Assembly: GCA_011109175.1 (NCBI GenBank)
Contig: RDEW01000025.1
Location: 589,990-653,989 of the forward strand
Source: Dicyema japonicum
Lineage: Eukaryota > Animalia > Dicyemida
DNA: 64,000 bases
Reading direction: 5' to 3'
Position numbers and translations under genes: made by a program. Within the stretch, counting starts at the first letter, position 1; each line of letters opens with the position of its first letter. Shown here piece after piece: positions 23,870 to 35,397 of the stretch. The notes beneath the pieces are model-generated. The model made no database searches. It saw nothing but the letters and a program-made list of their open reading frames with translations, and was not told the DNA's origin.

Positions 23870-24150
23870 TCAGATTTAGTTGTTGATTAGGAATGAGATT
23901 TGGTATTGATTAGGAATAATGCTATGTATTGATTATGGTCGATGTTAAATGTTGATTATGGTTGATGCTATGTATTGATTAGGGTTGAGCTCACACTTAG
24001 GTATGTTTAGGAAAGGGATTTGAATTCTTCAAAGGGTAGGGTTTGGTTTAGAGTTAGTATTAAGGTTTAAGTTTTATGTTTGAGTCTGAATTATAAAGGG
24101 TAGGATTATAAACTGATTATAGTTACTAATGGATAGGGTTAGGAGTCTGT
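23870..24150 (+). repeat. Degenerate telomere-like (TTAGGG)-type tract
   Basis: Recurring gattagg, gattagggttg, gggtagggtttgg, gatagggttagg units. Confidence 0.6.
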
Positions 24151-24429
24151 CTAGATCATATGCGTCTTCTAATGCTACTTTAATATGTTTTAGATCGATT
24201 TTCATCACTGAGGGTAGAGTGTGTTTTAGACATATGTGCAATTGAGGGACGTCACCACCTCTGCCAAGAAATGTCTCAGTATATCAGGAAATTTACTCAT
24301 TGACAATCCTTAAATATCAATTTTTTTGTTTTTTTAATAAAAGTAACAATTAATTAATTAACAAAGTAATCTAAAGTGGTCCCCGACAACATTATCGCCG
24401 TTGCTTTGCCACATGATTAAAATTATTGC

Positions 24430-24590
24430 AATGATAAAGGGTAACCAAATTACCTAACTTTTTTATCCTGACTCGTTTCAGCGCTCCAGAACTTGTTTTC
24501 AGGTAACGACATTGTCCCCCTGAGAAAAATAGTTGGATCCTCTTGATGCCGGCAGGCATTGGGCGTCTCCTCAGTTAGGTGGATCCAATA
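24430..24590 (-). mobile_element. 5'-truncated copy of short retroposon family 2, subfamily b
   Basis: Reverse complement gatccacctaactgaggagacgcccaatgcctgccggcatcaagaggatcc...ggggacaatgtcgttacctg aligns with about 61955-62105. Confidence 0.85.
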
Positions 24591-25090
24591 AAACATTTTA
24601 TGGCAGAGGACTTAAACAACCTTGCAAGAAACACCAACTGGCAAGTGATCTAACAAAAAACATATCTGTCTGCTGTCTACAAGACACAAAAACGACCGTA
24701 CAATGTGCAGAACTGTTAGGCAAATTCCATCTTTTTACCATCGCATCTGCCTGCCGACATTATAATCTCGGATTTGCATTCCATCAGGACCTGATTCACT
24801 GGAACGCCAGGGCTGGAAAATCCAAACCTGGGGAAACGTGCATTGGAGCACACGGAAGAAATCGTCGCAATCTTCCTGGAGAGTCACTGATAACATTTTG
24901 CACGGTGTTCAACCAACTCATATTCAATACTTGTTTCAAGCACTCAGAAGGACACAAGACCACTTGGGTTGGCACCAGAAGAGACAAATCAGTCAACATA
25001 ATCCGAATATACATCCAGATTGACTATATTCTCTGCAAGCAACATCAGAAGGCCCTCATGCAAAATTAAAGGTTATATGGAGGACTTAAA
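24590..25090 (+). mobile_element. RTE-like APE endonuclease fragment
   Basis: VCCLQDTK, NLGFAF, WNARAG, GESLITFC, NTCFKHSEGHKTTW, QIDYILC. Confidence 0.85.
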
Positions 25091-25926
25091 ACCATGAAAA
25101 ACGTTAATGTATCGCCTCAGAATGATTCGAATCGGAGAAGCTACGTCAGCGCTTCTCGATTCGTTTTGAGTTTGCTCCCCCAAAAATTAAAAAAAACTAA
25201 CCTCGCACCCCCAAATTTTAAATCTAAGAAAATTCAATTTTATTCAAAAAATTAGTCAGGTTCCTTGAGTTTTTTCCTGTCTTTTAGTTTTAATTAATTG
25301 TTCGAAAGGTGGTTTTTTGTTTGCTAATGCAACTCTGAGATCGTTTTCAGGGATTAGAGCGTTTCGGTACTTAATTTTTATATACAATAGAGAAGAAAAT
25401 CCAGATTCACATAGCCAAGTTGTTGCAAATGGAACCAGAACTTCGAGTGCTTTTTACAAGGGTCGGAAAACCAAATTGCAAACCGCACCAAAAAACCTCC
25501 AAAGAATTGAGTTGTGCAACATTTTCAGTGATTTAGATATTTGTAATTCAATCAAATTGTCTTTAATCTCTTTTCTATCTTCCATCTTTTCTATTTGAAA
25601 GCAAATGGGTTAACAATCCAGGTATCAGAGTCTTTAATGTTTGCGATTGAGAGATACCCATCAAATGAAAGTTTTAAACATTCAAGATGATTGCTGATTT
25701 CTTTTTTAATATTTTTATCTAAAGTCGAGTTGAATTCAATAGCAATTTCATCCAGCGTTGGAAAATTCCAAAATTATTATCTTGAATACGTCGAGTCCAC
25801 AATAACAGTTTATTCCTGAAGGCACATAGATTGTCAAAAGCATTTATAATGCTCATCCCTTTCCCTTGAATTTAAGGATTCAACTGGTTAAGATGATTGA
25901 ATATGTCAGCCTAATATGCCACAAAA

Positions 25927-26245
25927 GCCGGGTGGCTTAGTGGTTAGGTGTCGGGCTTAAGTGGCTTAGGCTACGGGTTCGAATCTCGCTGCTGTTCACC
26001 TGTTGGAAGGTTCCACGCATCTACGATGCAGAAAGGGTTTGACGAGTGACGCCGTCATCAGTGGATACTCACTGCGGAACTGGATTGTCTAGAAAGGACA
26101 CTCACACAAGAAAAAAAGAAGTGAAGATCATTCCTTGGTTCTACGATTAGTTAAAATTAACTGTTCTTTACTTAAATAAAGTGTGTGTCCTGCCTATGCG
26201 GAGCTATAAAATACTATGGCTCTCGTGAAAAGGCTTTATTATTAT
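25927..26245 (+). mobile_element. tRNA-derived SINE family 1, full-length, inserted in the hAT transposase
   Basis: A-box TGGCTTAGTGG, B-box GGTTCGAATCT, (TTA)n tail, 15-bp TSD taatatgccacaaaa at 25912-25926 and 26246-26260. Confidence 0.95.
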
Positions 26246-27329
26246 TAATATGCCACAAAAATCACAAAATTTGCAGATTTGAAACAATCAAATAGTTCAG
26301 AGTTTTTTTCAAATAAAAATTGTTCTATTTCACGTCTGAGAATAAAAAATCTTGTTAAACACGGCCTCTTGACAGCCATCTAGCATCAGTATGATACAGG
26401 AGAACAGTCGGCATCATAATCAGTGCATAATGCTTTGAACAATCTATGGTTCAAAGCCTTTCCTCGAATAAAATTTACGATTTTGACACACGAAATCAAG
26501 ACATCTTTTAACTTCATAGGCAGAGACTTAGATACGAGTGCATGTCGATGAAGGATAGAGTGAGTGACTGTTACATCTGGAACATGTTTATTTAAAAAGG
26601 CTGCAAACCCCGACATGTTCCCCAGCATAACTGAAACACCGTCTGTGCAAATTGACCCGATATTTTCAAATGGAATATCGTGTTCAATAAAGTCTCGATT
26701 ATTTGAAAAACATTTTTTGCAAAAAAAGAAACTCTTCGGCAATTAAATTTTCTTGTACATAACAAACAAAGCCAATAAGTTGACTGCAATTATCAACATG
26801 GGTAAATTCATCCAACTGGATTGAAATCTTGATGCAAGAATTCTTTATGTCCGAAACAACTTGTTTAAGAATATCATCGCTGATACAATTAATTCGATCC
26901 CGGATACAACTATTAGATAAAGGAATCTGCTGCAGTTTTCGAGAGGCGTCTGGACCCAGAACTGTTTCACAATTTCCAATGCACACGGCTTAATAAAAGT
27001 CTCCGCAATAGAATGTGGCTTCTTTGATTTCGCAATTTATGTGCAATTTTGAATGACGCCAAAAGTAACGGTTTGTCAATGGGGGTAAACCCAAGCTTCG
27101 GAAGAGTTCCTTGGATATCATATCGTGCCCTTTTAGCCTTCAAACATTCAAAATCATTTTCTGAACGTTTAGCACATCCGTGGATAGATTTAAAATGTCC
27201 GTCAACTTCGATGGTTTCAATTTTAAATTCGATAAAATTGCATCACAAAACAGAGTACATTCAGTATTCAGAAAACAACTGGAAAATATACAGGGAGTTG
27301 ACCCTGTTAGTATTATACCTGAGAAATTT

Positions 27330-28720
27330 TCAGAGGAGATACCTAATTCTATGGATTAATCTATGGGCGATCTGGAAAGTCTGTTAGAGGAAATCACTCT
27401 GGCAGAAGTCAGAACTGCTATACGCGAGTGCAAAAACAAGGCTCCCGGATTCGATAGCATTCCCATGATTATGTTTAAAAAGGGTCTGATGAACTACTAT
27501 TTGTTCTACAAAAATGTATAACTTGAGATTTAGACTCGGAGATGTTCCTCTTTTATGGAAGCGTTCTATTGTGAAGATGATCATCAAACCTGAAAAGTCG
27601 AGGAAGGATCCTCTTAGTTATAGGCAATAAGCCTTATATGTTCTACATCAAAGATTATGGAACAGATTGTATTCAAGAGATTGAATCGGTATATAGAAGA
27701 GAGTAACTTTCTACGATCTTACCAATAGAGTTTCCGTCCGGGATCGTGTGAAATTGTATTCACTCACTAAACTAAGAAATTACAAATACATTTGAGAAGA
27801 AAAGCCAGTTGACCTTATTTGCCTTGACATCTCAAAGGCGTTCGACAAAGCCTTATTTTGTCAACTCATACGATCTAAGATATCTAAAGAAATGTTCCTA
27901 TGGTTGAAAGACTATTTAACTGGGAGGATATTCACGTGGTAGTCGGTGGAAGATATTCTGATGGTATATCGTTTAAAAGGGGAGTACCATAGGGATCTAT
28001 TCTAAGCCCCCTGTTATTCAACATATTTATGAAAGATTTTCCGTCACCGCAAGACGTCAGGACCAAGCTGATGATATACGCGGACGACGTCTTAATCCTG
28101 GATTCGTCTCTAAGGCATACCTCTCAGAGCGGCAACTAGGAGCTTTATCGACGAAGTTAGGATTGGTGCGATCGGAGAGGCATGAAACTCTCCACGGAAA
28201 AATCCAGTTACTTGAGGATAAGCAGGCCGAGTAGGCATCAGGAAGAGCCCTACACTCTTCGTATACCGAGAGTTTCATCCCTGAAATACCTGGGGATTGC
28301 AGTAAATGGGAGAGGATCATACCTGAAGGACATCGAAGAGCGAAGGAAGAAGGCTTTGCAAACACTGTTCTGCACTAGAAGACTAAAGTTGGATGTTGAT
28401 ACTATGCTCTCTGTCTTTTGGAATGTGATTCTTCCCAGACTTATACGGAAGGGAGGGATGGTTCTACACCCCCTCGAGAGAAGATTTTCGCCCGACTAGA
28501 GAAAACAAGGAGAGCGGCAATCAAACTATCCTTTAAGAAGAAATTGTACGAAGGCCTGACTGAGGAAGAGAACAAACTTGTCAGGCCAATAAGGGAGGAT
28601 ATTCAAATTAGGATGCTTAACTAACTAGACAAGTAATTGGATGGATATCAAGGAGAAGGGGTACCCGGATGAACATTCCAAGCCAACCGACGAACTGATA
28701 GATGCCTATTCCATAACCTG
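27330..28720 (+). mobile_element. I/Jockey-like LINE RT (family A), 5'-truncated and degraded
   Basis: EITLAEVRTAIRECKNKAPG, DISKAFD, GSILSPLLFNIFM, IYADDVL, LKYLGI. Confidence 0.88.
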
Positions 28721-28739
28721 CTGATTTAATTCAATTTCA

Positions 28740-29333
28740 TTTTCAAGGATCTCCGTTATCTCCCCCTTTATTCAAATTATACCTGGCCGACCTCCCGACA
28801 CCGGAATCCAATAACGATGTTCAACTCACATATGCAGACGACATTGTTTTGGCCTCGCGTGAACGAGATATCCAAAATGCTACAGAAAGACTACAAATTA
28901 ACCTTGACCGACTCAACGCCTGGGTAATGAAGAACCGACTCACAATAAATTCCAGAAAGTCGGTCACCGGTCTTGATGAACATCTACAAACAATACATTG
29001 AACCATGCTTCTCGTAAGCGTGTGCTTCGTGGGGACCTTCATTATCATAAACGAATACCAAGAAAATCGATGACGTACAAAAGAAGGCTTTCAGAGTCAC
29101 GAAGCGGTGGACTTGTGGGATACACAGAACCGGACAGACTACTTTAGAGGCCCTCATCAATCTAAACTCCAACATGCGGGAAGGTGTCCTTGCAAATATA
29201 GTCAGCCGCCCAATATGAGCTAGTGTGGTCACGAGAGAGGAGCACCGGGAAAGAATGAGGATTTTGGTGGAACTCATCGGGATCACGTGATAGTTAGTTC
29301 GGTTTTACCGTGGTCTTATGTGTTAAATAAATA
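28740..29333 (+). mobile_element. LINE family B 3' fragment with 3' UTR and A-rich tail
   Basis: SPLLF..YLADLP, TYADDIVL, LTINSRKS. Tail gatcacgtgatagttagttcggttttaccgtggtctt...aaataaata. Matches 50007-50428. Confidence 0.88.
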
Positions 29334-29399
29334 TTTAATTTCTCGCACCCCTAATCGAGAAAGCGCTGGGCTACGATATGAAGAATCTATCAGTCTCGA

Positions 29400-29960
29400 T
29401 ATAGTACAACTCTGAAGAATACCATTAACGAAAATCAACCAGCGAATAAAGTATGAGCGGAAACTAGATTTTGTTTATGAGGATACTCAAACACTTCAGC
29501 GCATGTTCAAAGTACTTCACACATATTTTCGAAATGGTTCTTATCTGTAAATCCCGACAAAACGGAGTTTACAAAACGTAAAAGTAATGATCGGTGATCG
29601 GACGAGTCATGGAGAAGTCAAAGGAAAATTAAATCGCTTCTAAGAGACTCTGAAGATGTTACTCGAAAAAAGATCCTTGCTATGAGTGCACTGGAAAATA
29701 ATAGTGTAAATCTGGAGTCACACGAAGATAGGACTAAACACCAGACTTAGAATAAACAGCGCTTCTGTCATCCTAGTACTAACCTACAACTCTGGGACTT
29801 GAGGAATCTCTACACGGGAAATGGACTGATTTGACTCCTACCATAGAGCTCAGCTCAAATCGGTAATCAAGATCAACTGGCCTATGAAGATCTCTTACAG
29901 AAAAATGAGTGTACACGTGGTAAAAAGGATATTCTGGAATTAAAAAGTTCAACCACAAAT
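29400..29960 (+). mobile_element. RTE-like RT C-terminal fragment
   Basis: LDFVYED, WFLSVNPDKT, AMSALE. Heavily degraded. Confidence 0.65.
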
Positions 29961-30101
29961 TAAAAAACCAAGTCAATTAATAGTAGTTATGGAGATATTG
30001 ACCAAACATGGAGAGCAATTGATTGAATATTTATGAATTTGTGACGCAACGAATTTCGCATGATTAATTATAGATTATATACAGTAATTATAATTTTACG
30101 A

Positions 30102-30673
30102 ATGATGAATTACCAATTCGACAGCAGTGCGCAGCCAATCATTCATATATCTCAAATCTTCCCAACTCAGAGATATTTGAGGGCAACACCACCGAGACTG
30201 AGGGAAGAATCAATATATAAGAGTGATTTCAAGTACACAAAATCCAGAATCAATTCTACCATTCAGAAAACTAAGGAAAATTCAAAAATTTGGTCTCCAA
30301 ACTACAAGGAAATACCAAGGCCGTTGTCGACTGTTTACAAAATGGATTTCAATTCTAGGAATATTTTCAAGGCTAATATTTCTGGTAATTATGATCATGT
30401 TAAGGCAAAGGTTGCAATTTATAATTAAATTAGGTCAACACTGGACTTGTTGTAAAAGATACCAAAACACCTAAAGTCCACACATACAGATCAGTTCTTA
30501 AAAAATCCCCAACTACGAATTCTGATGTTAACACTTCACTCTATTATCCATCTGGAATAACAGGGGACTCTTTGAATGACATCAAAAAAATTGATTTTAG
30601 AGGTCATCTCACTATCCTTTGTAAAGACGGGGACAGATTTCTTTACATTCCATGGGCCAAAGCAGTTAGATAA
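30102..30673 (+). CDS. Small basic two-exon protein with repeated S/T-x-Y-K-x-D-F motifs (SAXO/Mn-motif-like); start may be 30060
   Basis: Open frame with a 23-nt intron at 30411-30433. Motifs EESIYKSDFK and LSTVYKMDFN. Family assignment rests on motif resemblance only. Confidence 0.55.
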
Positions 30674-30688
30674 ATTAACAAAAATTAA

Positions 30689-30964
30689 TTAAAAATCATT
30701 TTTATTAATAACGGAAGGATCATTGATTCTTAAACTCGAAAACTTTTTAGAAGGAGAAAATGATGGGGGTAAGTTAGGGTTGTCTTGAGTAATTGCCGAT
30801 ATAAGATTTTCTTCTCTAACTTCCTTTATTGGTGTGGTTTCATCGTCCTGAGAACTCCGGATTGACCACTCTAAGTAATACCCAACCACAGCAATTGGAA
30901 CTACGATGGGTGCAAGTATAAGTGGACTATATCTTCCAGCAAATTGTAAGAATATGTTCAACAT
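30689..30964 (-). CDS. SMIM12: Small integral membrane protein 12 (UPF0767)
   Basis: GRYSPLILAPIVVPIAVVGYYLEWSIR matches the family pattern R.YAPY...P.A...G.VGY.LEW.IR. 91 aa, single exon. Confidence 0.8.
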   Translation of the reverse strand: MLNIFLQFAGRYSPLILAPIVVPIAVVGYYLEWSIRSSQDDETTPIKEVREENLISAITQDNPNLPPSFSPSKKFSSLRINDPSVINKNDF

Positions 30965-31169
30965 CGATTTTATTAAGTCAATTGTACAAACTATATATTA
31001 AGAGATAAATACCACAACAAAATATACAAAGTAGCTGTCTTTAAAAATTTTAATATCACAAATATTTTAGTTATTTATTAATTCTAATGTCTATTTAATT
31101 TAATTATTTCCTCTGCTTCTCAGCCCATGTGGAATCTATCATATCAACCTGTGCAAAGAAGATCAATTT

Positions 31170-31580
31170 TGTAAAAGCCTTCCTTTGGAACTGTGGAGGA
31201 ATTTATCCGCCAGGTATCAGGACCCTCTACAAGCAGTATGTCGAGCCACAATAGGCTATGCATGTGCTGCATGGGGATCTAACCTGTCGGCAACGAACCT
31301 AACAAAAATTCAAGAGATCCAGTCAAGAGCAATAAAATTACTGGAAAATATACAGATAAAGAAATTGCCCCCAGAGCACTCGAGTCTATCATAGAGGCAA
31401 CTGGAGGCAATTTCAGAAGAAGTAAGGAAAAAGACCCCCGTCCGTATAGAAAATGCGTGGGATCACGGTCGGAGCATCGAGAAAAATTGGCCCGATTATT
31501 GAGAGATGCCGGGATCACCTGAATATTAGTTATTGGTTAAGAGGGTGTTTCTTTGGCTTAAATAATAATAATAATTATTA
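31170..31580 (+). mobile_element. I/Jockey-like LINE 3' fragment with (TAA)n tail
   Basis: RTLYKQYV...IGYACAAW..LSATNLTKIQEIQSRAIK; tail gatcac..attagtt..aaataataataa. Confidence 0.75.
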
Positions 31581-31649
31581 TAAAATGTTAAAGAGGACTT
31601 AATTTAAGGAGCTTTCAGTTGTGGAAATTCTCTCCAGTGGAGTGAGCTT

Positions 31650-31980
31650 GAATGGTCATGCTGTTTCCTCTGCTAGTTAGTTAAGTAACCTCAACCTCAC
31701 TAACTTGTAGGAAGCCAGCAACTATTAAATAGGACGCTGCAAATGGCCGCGCTCCCATAGATCGGTCAGTCCCGGCATTGTAGACGAACGTTGTGTTAAT
31801 TAATGACACTCAAATAGGTGATTTGTTGTCAACAGGTAGAGGTTGCAAACGGGAAAGAGGACATCGTACGTCGGTAGAGAGGGATGGGCCCACATCGTAG
31901 ACAAGCGAGGTTTATCCGGATGTCCCTTGGAAGAGAGGATTCTGATTGGTTTATTGGAGGGAGGGGGCCGGTGTTATTAT
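31650..31980 (-). mobile_element. I-clade LINE 3' fragment
   Basis: PPPINQSESSLPRDIRINLA.LRCG resembles the RLRCGHH ends at about 44100 and 55490. Confidence 0.55.
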
Positions 31981-32199
31981 CATCGATTCTTGGAACAAAT
32001 TAAATGAGTTGAATTCTGCAATACATCATAATGTTAAAAATAATCCTCCCGTAACCATTGTCGAGATAACTGATCTGGTTTATTCAGCTCAATGTACATA
32101 TTTTTCTTAAATCTAAAAAGATGACCAAGAGTTACTGGATTGAAACAGTTGGGAAGAAATATCTAGGCTGTCAAGTCACTTGGAACTTGATAATTGATA

Positions 32200-32355
32200 C
32201 TTTATGAGGTCTTCCTCCTTCCACTGAAAATCACAAATGTTAAGGATGTCCTGTGTTACTTTGGATATAAAAAGAATAAAAAAAGTAGATTTACCTTTAA
32301 CAAACCTGATATTTTCGTTTACAAGATTAAAAATGAAATAACTCTAAGTAGGTAT
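32200..32355 (+). mobile_element. R4/NeSL-type RLE fragment, left half of a domain split by an insertion (right half 34633-34960)
   Basis: FNKPDIFVYKIKNEITL..VG at the left resumes as ITSQ...KQV...YD and KEYIQSVVLKK after 34632. Confidence 0.8.
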
Positions 32356-32527
32356 CATGTCACATGGGTGACTTGAAGCCTATGGTCAGCCTGTTTTTTT
32401 ACGTGTTTCCATGGTATTCAGAGATATATTACATAATATGACTTTTTTGTAACTCTTATAAGAACAACATTTAACTAATTCATTAATTCTAAATAAAAAA
32501 TTAACTCCAACTGGTATAAAGTTGCTT

Positions 32528-32777
32528 GCGCCATGTGGTGCTGCGTGGCTAATTGGTTGAAGTTTTCTGTTTGCTTTTCTGTTCATCCTCTCTCTTCTTA
32601 TTAGAGTGGCGTTATGTGATCCACCTGTCTAGGTGGCGCCCAGTGCCTGGCTGGCACAAAAAAGGATCATTTGCTCTCCCCACTCACTGTAGGGGTTTCC
32701 ACAACTGCAAGTATGGACGTCTTACACTTTATGCTGATTCTAGATGGACTCTGTTTCTGTAGAAGTGGAAACTGGGT
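32528..32777 (+). mobile_element. Short retroposon family 2a, truncated
   Basis: Colinear with about 15279-15527. Confidence 0.85.
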
Positions 32778-32889
32778 TCTTAGACTTTTCTTAAAAGAAA
32801 TGACAGAAAAGTTGAAATCAGATTGGAGTGTGACTAACTACACTAGTCCTGTTAGAAGTGTCGAAAGTTGGAGTCGTTAAGCTCTTTTG

Positions 32890-33790
32890 CGGCATAGGTA
32901 CTCTGGCTACCGATGCCAAAGGAAGAGTTATCAAACGCGGAGAATCCCACTTGTTGCTGAAATTCAGGAATGAGGACGACGCTTCATAAAATACGGTGAC
33001 AACTCACCTCGATCGGAGGCGTTGTACACGTACATGCAAGACCGCAATATTTTTTGGGGTCGATCAACAAATACATGTCCCCACTGTAAGTCAAGGAGCA
33101 TGTCGGTTGATCATTTAGCCACTCGATGTGGATCCATGCTCTGCCACGACTATGTGTGGAGGCATAACGAGGTAGTAAGGAGTCTTCATCTTCTACTATG
33201 CAATAAGTATGGTATTCGCCACACCAGAAAGTTGCGGACTCATAAGGTGCAATCTGTAGTAGAGAACACCAGGGTCCAAATTAAGGTAGACAGTGTTATC
33301 CGTACCTCGGTGCTAGTCAAGCACAATAAACCGGACATTGTGGTACACGATAAGGAGTCTGGCCAAGTCCTTATCATAGAAGTTGGCATCACGTCTCAAG
33401 ACCGTTTGCAGACTGTGGAGGTGGAGAAAAAAAGGAAGTATGACTTTCTTGCAAACGAGATGGGGCAGATGCTTGGTTGCAAGGTCCTCGTTATTCCTAT
33501 AGTAATGACGTGGGAAGGAATTGCAACAAAGTACCACAAGGGTTATCTGAAGCAGTTGGGGGTAGATAGGAAGCTCCAGGCCTATCTACAGTCCACTGTG
33601 TTAAAGCGGACCCTAGAGAGCTTGACACTGGAGTATAGGAGGCAGAGCCCTGAGATGCCATATGGCAGAGGGTTCAATTTGACAATGCGGTCTCGGAGTT
33701 GTTTCAGCAACCAGAATCGAACCTGCCTGACGAGGCTGGCGAACAGGCAGGCGAGGAAGGTTGTTGATTAATAAATATATTAACTTTTTT
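32890..33790 (+). mobile_element. R4/NeSL-type retrotransposon 3' end with an open 249-aa C-terminal ORF (33022-33771)
   Basis: CPHC..SVDHLATRC..HDYVWRHNEVV (CCHC knuckle) and NKPDIVVHDK..LIIEVGITSQDRLQTVEVEKKRKYD (RLE). A-rich tail. Confidence 0.92.
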
Positions 33791-33869
33791 ATTGTTTGTT
33801 AAATAAAGGGGATATAGAGTTAAAAATCATTTTAATGATTATTTATTTACTATTATTAAATTTTAACTT

Positions 33870-34380
33870 TTTTTAACTTTTTCTCCTTAGTCATGATGCT
33901 AATTTCGAACGGTTGGGAAAAAAATAGATGCGGCATGTATTGTTAATTCTTGGAAGAGAATCTACAAGAACCGTGATTCTTATGCGACAGACTGTCTAAC
34001 AGATCAACTCTTAAATCATGTTATAGACGAAACAATTGATTTAGAGTGCAAAGAGTCCGAAAATAATATCTATAGTTGATATTCAGAATCGGAGAATATT
34101 GAAAATGTCGTAGAGGAAACAAAGGATCTGCTAAACAATTTGGAAGAAAAAATTTCACATGTGGCACCAAAAATGCTGCGAGACTTCTATATTTTTCGGC
34201 TAAAATTAGCAAATAATATACGACAAAACTCTAAAACTAAAATTAAAATAACTGATTATTTTGACAAAAATGTTTATTTGATGTTAATTATGATTCAATT
34301 TCAGAAATAATAATAAACCCTTGTTTTTGGGGCACCCCGACATTTTGAAGCACTTGGTGCCCCATTTAGGGGTCGGACTG
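33870..34380 (+). mobile_element. Tigger/pogo 3' end
   Basis: GWEKIDAACIVNSW and KITDYF. The terminus ...cacttggtgccccatttaggggtcggactg|TA parallels the right end of the element at 1885-3647. Confidence 0.7.
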
Positions 34381-35397
34381 TATCTGTAACGCACTTAAAG
34401 ATATCGCGTTGTGCTACAGAAAGGAAAATGCGCTGAACGTATTTTTCAAATTTATTCATTGGTTGAATTTTCTGATGAAAGAAGAAAGTCGATCTTGATA
34501 TCAACACTTAAAAAATAATTGTTTTTTTATTTTAAATTAATTATTCGTTAAATAGAGCAATTGATATTTGGTTACCATGGAAACACGTAAAAAAACAGGC
34601 TTCCCATAGGCTTCAAGCCACCCATGTGACATATTACTTCACAGGGTTTTCTTAAACAAGTTAAGGTTGACAATTGTCACAATTATGACTTTAATTGAGG
34701 TCGACTGTCTAGTAAAATTATCCACTGGTTACCTTATATGAAATGTCTAAATGTTTAAAGAAGTTACGAAAGAATACATCCAATCAGTCGTCTTGAAAAA
34801 AATTTTACAAATTAGTTTGGTTGAACATGCATGGGGCTAGGGTCTATGATAGATTTCTGTTTCAAACCAACTTGTGGATAAACTGTACGACGCTGTAAGA
34901 GAATAGATGGCTGAGTCTAGTATAGAGAATGGTATGAATATCGATTAGTGGCATATTTCTAGAATAGGAGTATTGCAATGATAATGTCATAATGATTAAA
35001 AATATTGTGTTTTTTATAAAGTGTCAGATGCTATGTGGATGATTTTCTAAATTCGATTATGATTTTAAAACAGAAAGTTCATTGGTACGCCGTTGAACTC
35101 AAGATCCTTAAGATAATCTCATAATCACTCTAAAGAAACGGTAAGCCCCTTTACGTTATTTTGAAAACCGGTATAGACCTACGCAAGTGATTCGTGGTCA
35201 ATGACCATTTGAAACTGTGCGCAATCACCCTCTACGAACCCATAACCAAATACCTTAGAAACCGAACATATCCTTTCTTTAGAACCATCCAAGATTATCA
35301 TCCACGTTGGATATTATCTCCGCCATGTAGGCTGGGTTTATTTAGTCAATCTCGGGACTTTCAGATAATATTTGCAACCACCTAATCGTCATTGAGT

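Larger units (their letters stand above)
25147..29368 (-). mobile_element. hAT Buster/Charlie (ZBED8-like) DNA transposon with nested insertions
   Basis: TIRs CAGCGCTTCTCGATT (25147) and AATCGAGAAAGCGCTG (to 29368). Flanks agcTAcgt / ggcTAcga fit a Buster-type 8-bp TSD. Transposase motifs IPLSN..I..RI, SIQLDE, ICTDG, HSILHRHAL, RWLSRGRVL, WIVNPF, PFATTWLCESGFS. Confidence 0.92.
32357..34632. mobile_element. Non-autonomous element bounded by about 60-bp inverted repeats, containing three nested TEs
   Basis: Left IR 32357-32416 (atgtcacatgggtgacttgaagcctatgg...ccatggta) and right IR 34573-34632 are near-perfect reverse complements. No clean TSD resolved. Confidence 0.78.

Noticed and set aside
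23870-24150. True telomere or chromosome-fusion scar
   Set aside because: Units are highly degenerate and interspersed, with no perfect TTAGGG array or head-to-head junction.
25927-26000. Functional tRNA genes at the SINE heads (also 17540, 22740-22816)
   Set aside because: A and B boxes are present but there is no complete cloverleaf. They continue into shared bodies with tails and TSDs.
33722-33751. Hairpin cctgcctg-acgaggctggcgaa-caggcagg containing CTGACGA...GAA
   Set aside because: The core ends GAAC rather than GAAA, stem II is absent and the geometry does not fit a hammerhead. Single occurrence.
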